From positions 992,001-1,056,000 of the forward strand of contig OY970178.1 in NCBI GenBank assembly GCA_963707915.1: 64,000 nucleotides of DNA. The letters run 5' to 3'. Shown here piece after piece: positions 9,569 through 22,089 of this stretch. The notes beneath the pieces are model-generated. The model was not told where the DNA came from, made no database searches, and saw only the letters and a program-made list of their open reading frames with translations. Source of the DNA: Candidatus Eiseniibacteriota bacterium (GTDB lineage: Bacteria > Eisenbacteria > RBG-16-71-46). Made by a program: the position numbers and the translations under genes. Numbering within the stretch: the first letter of the stretch is position 1; every line of letters begins with the position of its first letter.

Positions 9569-11230
9569 TCACAGCTCCACGAGGAAGTGCTCGTTGACGC
9601 CGCCGGCCAGCGCACGGACGTGTTCGGCGGCCAGGTCGCACAGCGCCGGGACCACCGCACGGCCGCGGTGCGCCACCACCTCGAGCGAAGCGATCCGCCG
9701 CTCCTGCAGCCGGTCCCCGGGCATCAGGTAGTGGCGCAGGCGGGGCCACTCCGGGTGGCCACGCTCGAGGTGATGGCGCACCTTGCCGACGAGGCCATCG
9801 AGCAGCCGTTGGAACTGATAGTCCACCTTCGCGCGCGCCGATTCCACCAGTTGCGGCAGGCTGGTGTCCACCTCGCGCGACGAGGCCGCGAGGCGATCGA
9901 GCCCTCCCAGGGCGTCGGCCCGCGCCCGGTCGAGGTCGGCTCGCGGCCCGGCCGGAACCGAGCGCTCGGCCAGCCGCCGCAGGGCCGCGTCCACGTCCGC
10001 GACCACGTCCCACGGCTCGTCCCCCACCGCTTCGATCAGGGCCAGCGCGGCCGCCGGCAGCCAGGTGACCCCGAGGCGCGGCACCGGGCAGGCGGCGGAC
10101 ACCTGCAGGCCCGCGAAGACCTCGCGCAACTGCGCGAGGTAGGCGATCTCCCCGGGACCGCACGCCATCGCCACGGTCGGGAAGACCGCGTCCTGGACGA
10201 CCGGACGCAGCGCCACGCTGGGCGAGAGCGCCTGCGAGGCCGGCAGCGCGAGGGCCTCGGCCGGCGACAGCTTGCGGCGCGACCCCTCCGCGATCGCGAA
10301 GACGAACGATTCGAGCGCGGCGTCCGAGAGCGGTCGGCGTCCGGTGCCGGCCTCGAGCCGGGCGCCGGCCCGGCGCGCGGCGCCGGCCAGCCCGTCGGCG
10401 TTCGCGAGGTAGCGTTCGAGCACCGGCCGCGCGGCGGCCCGGAACGCCGGCAGCCGCGGGTCCACCACCACCAGCCCCTCGTCGGCGAACAGCGCCAGCA
10501 TCAGCGCGCTGAACGCCTCGCCCAGGTCGCGCGCCCGCGCGAGCGAGTCCCCCAGCAGTCCGGCCACCGCGCCGTGCCCGGCCAGGCCGGACCACGCCCG
10601 CAACGCCTCCTCGCCGAGCGCCGCGAGCGGCCCCACCGGGATGGATCCCACCAGTCCCCCCGCGACATGCGCGCCGTCGGGCAGCGCGCCCGCGCGCAGC
10701 GCCAGGCCGGCGTCGGCGAAGGTGGCCGAGCGGATCTCCTCGAAGTCCGAATCCTCGCCGTGCATCCAGAAGAGCGGCACGCACGCGACCCCGGTGCGCC
10801 CGGCGACGGCCGTCGCGAGCCCCACCGTGGTCGCGGTCTTGTGGAGAGAATAGAGCGGCCCGCCGAGCGGCGCGGGTTGCTGGCCCGCGACCGCGCACAC
10901 GGCCTCGCCGGCCGCCAGCCGCGCGAGCGCCTCCAGCGAGCGCGGCGAGGCGCCCAGGCGCTGGTGGTACTCGGCCAGCTCGGCAGCGAGCGGCGGGGCG
11001 AGCGGCGCCAGCTTGCCGCGCGCAAGGGCCCGCAGCGCATCGGTGTCGCTCCAGCGGGTGGCGAAACGCTCCCGGGCCAGCGGCCCGTCCGTGACCAGGT
11101 CCTGCGCGATGGGGTCGAAGAGCCGGTCGTAGGGCGGCTCGGGCCGCGGCGCGATGCGCGCGCGCACGGTCACCGGGCTGCGGGCCGGCTCGGAAGGGCG
11201 ACCTGGGTCGCCCCGGGTCAGGAGGGCCAT
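9569..11230 (-). CDS. bshC: Bacillithiol biosynthesis cysteine-adding enzyme
   Basis: 'VAGQQ..LGGPLYSLHK', 'FWMHGEDSDFEEI', 'SPSVALRPVVQD..FPT..GPGEIAYLAQL', 'LQER'. Operon context with bshA and bshB1. Confidence 0.9.
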   Translation of the reverse strand: MALLTRGDPGRPSEPARSPVTVRARIAPRPEPPYDRLFDPIAQDLVTDGPLARERFATRWSDTDALRALARGKLAPLAPPLAAELAEYHQRLGASPRSLEALARLAAGEAVCAVAGQQPAPLGGPLYSLHKTATTVGLATAVAGRTGVACVPLFWMHGEDSDFEEIRSATFADAGLALRAGALPDGAHVAGGLVGSIPVGPLAALGEEALRAWSGLAGHGAVAGLLGDSLARARDLGEAFSALMLALFADEGLVVVDPRLPAFRAAARPVLERYLANADGLAGAARRAGARLEAGTGRRPLSDAALESFVFAIAEGSRRKLSPAEALALPASQALSPSVALRPVVQDAVFPTVAMACGPGEIAYLAQLREVFAGLQVSAACPVPRLGVTWLPAAALALIEAVGDEPWDVVADVDAALRRLAERSVPAGPRADLDRARADALGGLDRLAASSREVDTSLPQLVESARAKVDYQFQRLLDGLVGKVRHHLERGHPEWPRLRHYLMPGDRLQERRIASLEVVAHRGRAVVPALCDLAAEHVRALAGGVNEHFLVEL

Positions 11231-11240
11231 GGGCGCGCGC

Positions 11241-11270
11241 ATCGTAGGCCGGGCCTTCCGTGGTGGTCAA
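11241..11270 (-). promoter_or_regulatory. Putative sigma-70 promoter of the bshC-bshB1-bshA operon
   Basis: TTGACC-N18-TACGAT, with 10 nt between the -10 box and ATG 11230. Confidence 0.55.
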
Positions 11271-11371
11271 CCGCGAGATGGCGGGCGCGTCCCCGGACGC
11301 TCGCGCGGCCCCGCGACCGCATCGCCGGCCTCCGTTCCGGGGCCGGTCCGCCCTGCCGAGGCGCCCGGCCG

Positions 11372-13018
<1,647 letters not shown>

Positions 13019-13048
13019 GCGCGGACCCCCATGCTAGCGTGCCCCGCC

Positions 13049-13882
13049 ATGTTCGCCGCCGTCCTCACGCCCGCAGCCCAGGTCGCCGATGGCCTCACCC
13101 CGCTGCGCGCGGCCGTGCTGGGCGCCATCCAGGGCGTCACCGAGTTCCTGCCCATCTCCAGCAGCGCCCACCTGTACGCCGTGCCGGAGATGCTCGGCTG
13201 GAAGTACGAGGGGGTGGCGTTCGACGTGGCGCTTCACTGGGGCACGCTGCTGGCGCTGCTGGCCGCCTTCTGGCGCGACTGGCTCGGCCTCGGCCGGGGC
13301 GCGCTGCGGGCCGGCCCGGCGGGGGGCGCCGCGCGCTCGACCCTGATGCGCCTCGCGGCCGCCAGCCTGCCGGCGGTGATCGCCGGGGTGCTGCTCCAGG
13401 ACGAGGCCGCGACCCACCTGCGCGCGCTGCCGCTGCAGGCCGCGATGCTGGTGGTGTTCGGGGTCCTGCTCTGGTGGGTGGACCGCGGGCGCGGGGACGG
13501 GCGCCACGAGGACGTGCCGGGCTGGGGCACGAGCCTGCTGGTCGGCGCCGCCCAGGCGGTCGCGCTCGTGCCGGGGGTCTCCCGCTCGGGCATCACCATG
13601 ACCGCGGGGCGGGCGGCGGGGCTCGACCGGGTCTCCGCGGCGCGCTTCTCGTTCCTGCTCGCGACCCCGATCACCTTCGGCGCCGGCCTGCTCGAGCTGC
13701 GCCACCTGTCGCCCGAGTTGTCGGTCGCCACGCTCGCGGCGGGCATGGCCGCCTCGGCGCTGGTCGGCCTGCTCAGCATCCGCGGCCTGCTGCGCTGGCT
13801 CGGCCGCGCGGGCTTCGGCGCGTTCTGCGCGTACCGCGTGGTGTTCGCCGGAGCCATCGTCGCCTGGCTCGCGCTGCGCTGA
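13049..13882 (+). CDS. uppP: Undecaprenyl-diphosphate phosphatase (BacA)
   Basis: 'QGVTEFLPISSSAH' and 'PGVSRSGIT' signature motifs. Confidence 0.95.
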   Translation: MFAAVLTPAAQVADGLTPLRAAVLGAIQGVTEFLPISSSAHLYAVPEMLGWKYEGVAFDVALHWGTLLALLAAFWRDWLGLGRGALRAGPAGGAARSTLMRLAAASLPAVIAGVLLQDEAATHLRALPLQAAMLVVFGVLLWWVDRGRGDGRHEDVPGWGTSLLVGAAQAVALVPGVSRSGITMTAGRAAGLDRVSAARFSFLLATPITFGAGLLELRHLSPELSVATLAAGMAASALVGLLSIRGLLRWLGRAGFGAFCAYRVVFAGAIVAWLALR

Positions 13883-13937
13883 CGCCGGGGAGTCCCTTCC
13901 CTACGCATCGCGTCCTTCCTCCGTCCCACGCACGAGA

Positions 13938-14570
13938 TCAGCGGGCGCGGTCCTTCCGGGTCAGCTTGTCGGCGAAGTAGCGGTTGAGCCGCTCGCGCAG
14001 GGCGATGCGGGCCCGGTGCAGCCGCGACTTCACCGCGGCCACCGACAACCCGAGCATCTCGCCCACCTCGGAGTTCGAGAGGCCCTCGATGTCGCGCCGC
14101 ACGAAGACCTCGTACAGCTCCTTTGGCAGGCGCTGGATGCTCTCCGCCATCACCGTCCGCATCTCGGCGGTGAGCAGTTCCTCGGGCGGTTGCGCCGACC
14201 AGTCCCGCAGCTGCATCGGTTCCGCCTCGTCGTCCTGGCTCTGCGACTGGTCGAGCGAGATGTGCTTGTCGCGTCGCTTGCGGTACTTCATCAGGCTCGC
14301 GTTGGTCGCGATGCGGTAGAGCCAGGTCGAGAACGTGGACTCGGCCTTGAAGTTCCTCAGGCCCCGGTAGGCGGAGAGGAAGGCGTCCTGCAGCGCCTCG
14401 GCCGCGTCGTCCTCGTGGCGCAGGATCTTGTAGCAGAGCCGGTAGACCTTGTCCTGGTAACGGCGGACCAGCTCGTCGAAGGCGCGGTTCTCGCCGCCCT
14501 GGGCGGATCGCACCAATTCTTCGTCGGGACGGAGACGGAAGTCGATCGTCGCCGGCTGCGGATCGGTCAT
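13938..14570 (-). CDS. ECF-type sigma-70 family RNA polymerase sigma factor
   Basis: Region 2 'DAAEALQDAFL...FSTWLYRIATN' and region 4 'EGLSNSEVGEMLGLSVAAVKSRLHRAR'. Confidence 0.93.
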   Translation of the reverse strand: MTDPQPATIDFRLRPDEELVRSAQGGENRAFDELVRRYQDKVYRLCYKILRHEDDAAEALQDAFLSAYRGLRNFKAESTFSTWLYRIATNASLMKYRKRRDKHISLDQSQSQDDEAEPMQLRDWSAQPPEELLTAEMRTVMAESIQRLPKELYEVFVRRDIEGLSNSEVGEMLGLSVAAVKSRLHRARIALRERLNRYFADKLTRKDRAR

Positions 14571-16198
14571 GGCACCTGCCGTATGGAGAAGGCTGCCTGG
14601 TTTCGCGCCGGCGGGCCCACGTAGACGGCCTCGCCAGCCAGCAGGGTACACGTTGGGCGCACGTTGTGCAGCATGGAAGTCGGGAGCCGGTGCAGGTCGG
14701 CGTCCCACACGACCAGGTCGGCCGCGCAACCCGGGGCGATCCGTCCGAGCCCGGCCGAGCGGCCCGCCAGCTCGGCCCCGCCGCTCGTGTACGCCCGCAG
14801 CGCCTCGTCGAGACCGATGCGCTCCCGCGCCGTGAAGCCCCCGGCGGGCGTGCCGTCGGTCCGCTGGCGCGTGAGCGCGGCATGCAGACCGAGGGCCGGC
14901 ACGGGGGCCTCGACCGGGGCATCGGATCCAAAGGCCACCGAGGCGCCGGCGTCGAGCAGGCTGCGCCAGGGATACGACCGCTCGACGCGCGCCCCCCAGC
15001 CCCGCCCGGCGATCTCGATGTCCGCGACGCAGTGCGAGGGTTGCAGGCTCGCCCACGCGCCCAGCCTCGCGAAGCGCGGCCGGTCGGCCGGGTGCAGCAA
15101 CTGCACGTGTTCGATCCGCTGGGGCAGCGCCGGCTTCGCGAACGCGCCCGCGGCCCCTTCGAGGGCATCGAGCGCCGAGCGCACAGCCCGGTCGCCGATG
15201 GCGTGGATCGCGACCGCGAGCCCGCCGGCGGCCGCCCGCGCGACGAGGCGCGCGAGCTCGGCCGGCGGCACCAGCTCCATGCCGGTGCCGGTGCCGTCCT
15301 CGTAGGGCTCGAGCAGGGCCGCGGTGCGCGAGCCCAGCGTGCCGTCGGCGAACAGCTTCACCGCGCCATAGCGGAAGCGGTCGTCCCCCATCCCGCTCTC
15401 GAGCCCGAGGGAGAGCGCGGCCTCGAGCCCCGCGAGCGGAAGGTGCGCGACCACGCGCAGGCGCGGCGGGCCGGCGTCGCGCGTGAACACCCGCAGCGAC
15501 TTCAGCTCCTCGAGGCCCTCGAAGTCGTGCACCATGGTCACGCCCTGCTCGTGCAGCCGCCGCGCCGCGCGGGCCAGCCGCTCGGCGTCGGACCCGCGCA
15601 CCGTGCGCGTCTCCAGCCCGGCGAAGAGGCTCATCGCGTTCTCGCGCACGATCCCGGTGGGCTCGCCCGACCCGTCGCGCTCGATGCGCCCGCCCGCCGG
15701 GTCGGGCGTGGCGCGGGTCACGCCCGCCGCGCGCAGGGCCGCGCTGTTCACCCACAGCGCGTGGCAGTCCTTGCCGTGCAGCAGCACGGGGCGCGCACCG
15801 CTGACCGCGTCCAGGCTCGCCCGTTCCGGCGGGTCGCGCCAGGCGTTCGCGTCCCAGCCCCGGCCCGAGACCGGTTCGTCGCCGGGCTCGGTGGCGAGGG
15901 CGGCGGCGACCCGGCCGAGGGCCTCGTGACGCGACGCGGCCCCCACCAGCGCCACCTCGTCGAGCGATCGCGCCCACGCCAGCAGGTGCAGGTGGGCGTC
16001 CACCAGCCCGGGGGTGACCGTCGCCCCGCCGGCATCGAGGCGCGCGGTGTCGGCCCGCAGCAGGGGCTCCAGTTCGGCCTCGCGACCGACGGCCAGCACG
16101 CGCCCGCCGGCCACGGCGATGGCGTCCACCCGTTCGTCCACGCGACCATCCGTCCAGACCCGGGCGCTCGTGATGAACAGGCGGGCCCCGGACTTCAT
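14567..16198 (-). CDS. Amidohydrolase (YtcJ-like, amidohydro_3)
   Basis: 'PGLVDAHLH', 'HALWVNS', 'KLFADGTLG', 'HAIGD', 'RIEH', 'FGSDAP'. Confidence 0.9.
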   Translation of the reverse strand: MKSGARLFITSARVWTDGRVDERVDAIAVAGGRVLAVGREAELEPLLRADTARLDAGGATVTPGLVDAHLHLLAWARSLDEVALVGAASRHEALGRVAAALATEPGDEPVSGRGWDANAWRDPPERASLDAVSGARPVLLHGKDCHALWVNSAALRAAGVTRATPDPAGGRIERDGSGEPTGIVRENAMSLFAGLETRTVRGSDAERLARAARRLHEQGVTMVHDFEGLEELKSLRVFTRDAGPPRLRVVAHLPLAGLEAALSLGLESGMGDDRFRYGAVKLFADGTLGSRTAALLEPYEDGTGTGMELVPPAELARLVARAAAGGLAVAIHAIGDRAVRSALDALEGAAGAFAKPALPQRIEHVQLLHPADRPRFARLGAWASLQPSHCVADIEIAGRGWGARVERSYPWRSLLDAGASVAFGSDAPVEAPVPALGLHAALTRQRTDGTPAGGFTARERIGLDEALRAYTSGGAELAGRSAGLGRIAPGCAADLVVWDADLHRLPTSMLHNVRPTCTLLAGEAVYVGPPARNQAAFSIRQVP

Positions 16199-16995
16199 GT
16201 CACCGCGACCTCGACGTGGTTGACGAGGACCCCGATGCCCTGCACGTCGATCTCGACGACGTCACCGGGGACCACGGGGCCGACGCCCGCGGGCGTGCCG
16301 GTCGCGATCACGTCGCCGGGCTCCAGCGTCATGATGTGGGAGATGAAGCTGACGAGCGCGGGCACCGGGTGGATCAGGTCCGCCGTGTTCCCGTGCTGGC
16401 GCTCCACGCCATTGACCCGGCAGCGCACGTCGAGCGCGCCGGGCGACAATCCCACGGCCACCCAGGGTCCCATCGGCGCGAAGCTGTCGAAGCCCTTGGC
16501 CCGGGTCCATTGCCCGTCCTTGCGCTGGTAGTTCCGCGCGCTGACGTCATTGAAGCAGGTGAACCCGGCGACGTGGTCGAGCGCGGCCGCCGCGGAGACC
16601 GCCCGGGCCCGCCGGCCGATGACCACTCCCAGCTCGGCCTCGGGATCCAGCCGCTCCACTCCGCGCGGATAGCGGATCGCCTCGCCCGTGGCGACGACCG
16701 CGCTGGGCGGCTTGAGGAACAGGAGCGGCTCGGCGGGCGCGTCGAGCCCCCCGGGCACGGCGGTCGCGCTCTCGGCGATGTGGTCGCGGTAGTTGAGCCC
16801 GACGCACACGATCTTGGTGGGCCGGGCCGGGGGCAGGAGCACCACGCGCTTCGCGGCGTCGCGTGGGCCGCTCTCGCGGCCCCCGAGCCAGGGCGGCGCA
16901 TCCAGCCGGACGAAGACCTCGTCCTCGCGGCGGCCCCAGTGCTCCGTTGCATCGAGACGATAACGTGCGATGTGCTGGATCGCGGCGTCGGACAT
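16195..16995 (-). CDS. Fumarylacetoacetate hydrolase family protein
   Basis: 'KIVCVGLNY', 'FLKP', 'EAEL', 'NDVSAR', 'AKGFD', 'GDVIATGTPAGV'. Confidence 0.92.
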   Translation of the reverse strand: MSDAAIQHIARYRLDATEHWGRREDEVFVRLDAPPWLGGRESGPRDAAKRVVLLPPARPTKIVCVGLNYRDHIAESATAVPGGLDAPAEPLLFLKPPSAVVATGEAIRYPRGVERLDPEAELGVVIGRRARAVSAAAALDHVAGFTCFNDVSARNYQRKDGQWTRAKGFDSFAPMGPWVAVGLSPGALDVRCRVNGVERQHGNTADLIHPVPALVSFISHIMTLEPGDVIATGTPAGVGPVVPGDVVEIDVQGIGVLVNHVEVAVT

Positions 16996-17061
16996 GCGCG
17001 GCCTCCGGTCTGGTCCGCCGGCATTCTGGCGATTCCCGTGCCCGCGGGCAAATCGGTCCGC

Positions 17062-17091
17062 TTGACCGCTTTCCGGAAGCTCTGCTAGCGT
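17062..17091 (+). promoter_or_regulatory. Putative sigma-70 promoter with extended -10
   Basis: TTGACC-N18-TAGCGT, with TGn before the -10 box and 9 nt between the -10 box and ATG 17101. Confidence 0.55.
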
Positions 17092-17100
17092 CCCCACACT

Positions 17101-18438
17101 ATGTCACCCTCCATCCGGAAGACCCGCCCGACGTCATCTGCCGAAACGCTTTCCCGTCGCATCCAGAACCACAAGGCCCACATCGGCGTCATCGGCCTGG
17201 GCTATGTCGGACTGCCCCTGGCCGTCGAATTCGCCCGGGCCGGCTTCAAGGTCACCGGCATCGACCTCCGCGAGGATCGCGTCAAGGAACTGCTGCGCGG
17301 CCGCTCCTACATCCAGGACGTGCCCGCCAGCGACGTGCGCGATCTCGTCCGTTCCGGCCACCTGACCGCCACGGCCGACTTCGCCGTGCTGCGCCGGGCC
17401 GACGTGGTGACCATCTGCGTCCCCACGCCGCTCTCCAAGCAGCGCGACCCGGACGTCTCCTACATCGTGGCCGCCGTGGACCAGGTGAAGAAGTACGTCC
17501 ACGCCGGCCAGCTCGTGATCCTCGAGAGCACGACCTATCCCGGCACCACCGACGAGCTCATGCTGCCGGAGCTGGAGAAGACGGGGCTCAAGGTCGGCAA
17601 GGACTTCTTCCTCGCCTTCTCGCCCGAGCGGGTGGACCCGGGCAACCCGGTCTGGCAGACCCGCAACACGCCGAAGGTCGTGGGCGGCGTGACGCCGACC
17701 TGCACCCGGATCGCGGTCGAGCTCTACCGCGAGCGGCTCGACAACGTGGTGCCGGTCTCGTCCACGCAGGTGGCCGAGATGGTGAAGCTGCACGAGAACA
17801 CCTTCCGCAGCGTCAACATCGGGCTGGTGAACGAGCTGGCCCTGATGTGCGCGAAGCTCAAGGTCGACGTCTGGGAGGTCATCGAGGCCGCGGCCACCAA
17901 GCCGTTCGGTTTCATGCCGTTCTATCCGGGCCCGGGCCTGGGCGGGCACTGCATCCCCATCGACCCCTTCTACCTCTCGTGGAAGGCCCGCGGCAGCGGC
18001 TTCGAGGCGCGCTTCATCGAGCTCGCCGGCTACATCAACGGCCAGATGCCCGACTACGCCGTGGACCTCGTGGCGCGCGCCCTGAACGCGCGCAATCGCT
18101 CGGTGCGCGGCTCCCGCGTGCTGATGCTGGGGGTGGCCTACAAGGCCGACATCGACGACGTGCGGGAGAGCCCTTCGCTCGACATCATGAAGACCCTCGC
18201 GGAGCGCGGGGCCAGGGTCGAGTACGCCGACCCGTTCGTGCCTTCGCTCGAGTTCCTCGGCGCCCGCATGAAGAGCATCCAGCTCACGCCCGCGCAGCTG
18301 CGGCGCTTCGACTGCGCCGTGATCGCGACCGCGCACAAGGCGTTCCCCTACGGCCTCATCCTGCGGCACTCGAAGAGCGTGGTGGACACGCGCAACGCGC
18401 TCAAGGGCAAGCGCTCGACCAAGATCGTCCGGCTCTAA
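17101..18438 (+). CDS. Nucleotide sugar dehydrogenase (UDP-N-acetylhexosamine 6-dehydrogenase, WbpA/WecC-like)
   Basis: 'GLGYVGLP', 'ICVPTP', 'ESTTYPGTT', 'SPERVDPG', catalytic 'GGHCIPIDP', 'GVAYK.DIDD.RESP'. Confidence 0.92.
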   Translation: MSPSIRKTRPTSSAETLSRRIQNHKAHIGVIGLGYVGLPLAVEFARAGFKVTGIDLREDRVKELLRGRSYIQDVPASDVRDLVRSGHLTATADFAVLRRADVVTICVPTPLSKQRDPDVSYIVAAVDQVKKYVHAGQLVILESTTYPGTTDELMLPELEKTGLKVGKDFFLAFSPERVDPGNPVWQTRNTPKVVGGVTPTCTRIAVELYRERLDNVVPVSSTQVAEMVKLHENTFRSVNIGLVNELALMCAKLKVDVWEVIEAAATKPFGFMPFYPGPGLGGHCIPIDPFYLSWKARGSGFEARFIELAGYINGQMPDYAVDLVARALNARNRSVRGSRVLMLGVAYKADIDDVRESPSLDIMKTLAERGARVEYADPFVPSLEFLGARMKSIQLTPAQLRRFDCAVIATAHKAFPYGLILRHSKSVVDTRNALKGKRSTKIVRL

Positions 18439-18457
18439 CCGCGACGCGGAACCGACG

Positions 18458-18489
18458 CCGGGGCGGCTCTCTCGCGAGGGCCGCCCCGG
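18458..18489. terminator. GC-rich hairpin between convergent genes (probable bidirectional terminator)
   Basis: CCGGGGCGGC-TCTC-TCGC-GAGG-GCCGCCCCGG inverted repeat between the dehydrogenase and dnaK stops. There is no U-tract. Confidence 0.55.
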
Positions 18490-18504
18490 GTCGTTCCCGC
18501 AGGG

Positions 18505-20421
<1,917 letters not shown>

Positions 20422-20532
20422 GACGTTCCTTCCTTCGTCGTGATGGACGGCCGCCACGCCGGTCTCGGGGCCCGCGAGACCGCGGGCCGACCGGCGTGGC
20501 GCGTCCGTGAGAGCGACCGGCCGGACTGCCGG

Positions 20533-20982
20533 CTAGCCGACCTTGACTTCGACCTCGCGCAGCCGGGCCTCCTCGGCCTTGGGCACGCGCACCTCGAGCA
20601 CGCCGTCCTTGCAGGTGGCCTTCACCTGATCGGCCCGCACCGGCGCCCCCAGCGTGAAGGAGCGCTCGAACGTGCCGTACGTCCGTTCGCAGCGCAGCCA
20701 GCTGCCTTCCTTCTCGGCGCTCTCCTGCTTGCGCTCGCCGCGGACGGTGAGCGTGTCGCCCATGACGTGCACCTTGACGTCCTTCTGCGCGACACCCGGC
20801 AGGTCCACGCTCAGCACGAACTGCTCGGGCGTCTCCTCGATGTCCACGACGGGGACGAAGTCGAATCCCGCGCGGGCGCTCGGGCGGCCGAAGGCCCCCT
20901 CGAGCAACCGGTTCATCTCCTCGTGCATGGTGAGCAGGTCCCGCATCGGCGGGGTCGGCGGATTCCAGCGGATGATGGGCAT
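20533..20982 (-). CDS. Hsp20/alpha-crystallin small heat shock protein
   Basis: 'VDIEET..VDLPGV..LTVRGERK..ERTYGTFERSFTL..KATCKDGVLEVRVPK'. Confidence 0.95.
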   Translation of the reverse strand: MPIIRWNPPTPPMRDLLTMHEEMNRLLEGAFGRPSARAGFDFVPVVDIEETPEQFVLSVDLPGVAQKDVKVHVMGDTLTVRGERKQESAEKEGSWLRCERTYGTFERSFTLGAPVRADQVKATCKDGVLEVRVPKAEEARLREVEVKVG

Positions 20983-21090
20983 GGTGACGATCTCCTCTGA
21001 CTGGATGGTGGTTGGTGTTCCTGCGCCGCGTCCGGGCCGGCACCGGCCGGGCCCGCGCGTCGCGCCCTCGATGGTCGCCGGAACTCCTTC

Positions 21091-21105
21091 GCAGGGCGCG
21101 TGCCA
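21091..21105 (-). promoter_or_regulatory. Putative sigma-54 (-24/-12) promoter of hsp20-dnaK
   Basis: TGGCACGCGCCCTGC = TGGCACG-N4-CTGC, with exact GG-N10-GC spacing, about 110 nt upstream of the hsp20 ATG. Confidence 0.6.
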
Positions 21106-21325
21106 GACTTGGTCGAGGCGCGCAGGTCGTTGTCCCGCAGCAACATCGGCGACGGCACCTCGCGCAGGGCTCGAATCCGCCGGAGCGCCACGTTCACCGC
21201 TGAAACGACCGCCGTTTCCTTCTCGAACGCCCTGTCCATTCCGGGAACGGCTGCGGGGAGCGGCAACCGGGCCGCGACCGCGCCGGCTCCTGGAGATCAC
21301 GCCTGCGCGGCCGAGCACCTGGAGC

Positions 21326-21362
21326 GCGAAGGGGGCCGGCCCGCCGGGCCGGCCCCCTTCGC
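21326..21362 (-). terminator. Perfect 17-bp hairpin downstream of nuoI (probable terminator)
   Basis: GCGAAGGGGGCCGGCCC-GCC-GGGCCGGCCCCCTTCGC. Confidence 0.6.
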
Positions 21363-21406
21363 ATCTCGGGCTCGCCGCGCCCCGAGCCGGGGCACGGGCC
21401 GCCGCT

Positions 21407-21853
21407 CTACCGCTGCGGCAGGTAGCCCGCCTTCTCCGCTCCCACCAGCAGTTCGTCCTTCGTGTAGATGAAGGCCTCGCGCCGGTAGTCCGCGAGCTCG
21501 TAGTCCTTCTCGAGGAAGATGGCGTCCTCGGGGCAGGCCTCCTCGCACATGCCGCAGAAGATGCAGCGCAGCATGTTGATCTCGTAGCGCTCGGCGTGGC
21601 GCTCGCCGTGGGAGCGCGGGGCGTCCGGGTCGTTCTCGGCGGCCTTCACGAAGATGGCGTCCGCCGGACAGGCCACGGCGCAGAGTTCGCAGCCCACGCA
21701 GCGTTCCAGGCCGTCCTCGTGTCGCGCCAGGATGTGCAGCCCCCGGAAGCGCGGGAACATCACCAGCTTCTCGTTCGGGTACTGCAGGGTCACCGGCTTC
21801 TTGAAGAACTGCCCGAGGGTGACGCTCAGCCCCGTCGCCAGCTCCTTGATCAT
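21407..21853 (-). CDS. nuoI: NADH-quinone oxidoreductase subunit I (2x[4Fe-4S])
   Basis: 'VTLQYP..RFRG.H.L', CVGCELCAVACP and CIFCGMCEEACP, 'FIYTKDELL'. Confidence 0.93.
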   Translation of the reverse strand: MIKELATGLSVTLGQFFKKPVTLQYPNEKLVMFPRFRGLHILARHEDGLERCVGCELCAVACPADAIFVKAAENDPDAPRSHGERHAERYEINMLRCIFCGMCEEACPEDAIFLEKDYELADYRREAFIYTKDELLVGAEKAGYLPQR

Positions 21854-21903
21854 GCCACGGACTCCTCGCGGGCCTTGGTGCGCACCATCCATCCCAGGCG
21901 GGC

Positions 21904-21932
21904 AGGATAGCCGGGGGCCGTTTCGGGCGCAA
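21904..21932 (-). promoter_or_regulatory. Putative sigma-70 promoter of nuoI
   Basis: TTGCGC-N17-TATCCT. Confidence 0.45.
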
Positions 21933-22089
21933 ACGAGCGCCCCCGGGACCGGCGTCGCGCCGCGGTGCGCCCGCGGCACGCGTCGTGACGGCACGCCACC
22001 GCCTCGGGCCCCTCGTCGCCTTCCCCTGCTCTGCGACGGAGCGCGCGGCGGGATCGACACGCGGATCGCGACCGGGATTCCGGCCCCGT

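Noticed and set aside
20983..21320. CIRCE (HrcA) operator upstream of hsp20-dnaK
   Set aside because: I found no TTAGCACTC-N9-GAGTGCTAA-like inverted repeat. The TGGCAC element fits sigma-54 spacing instead.
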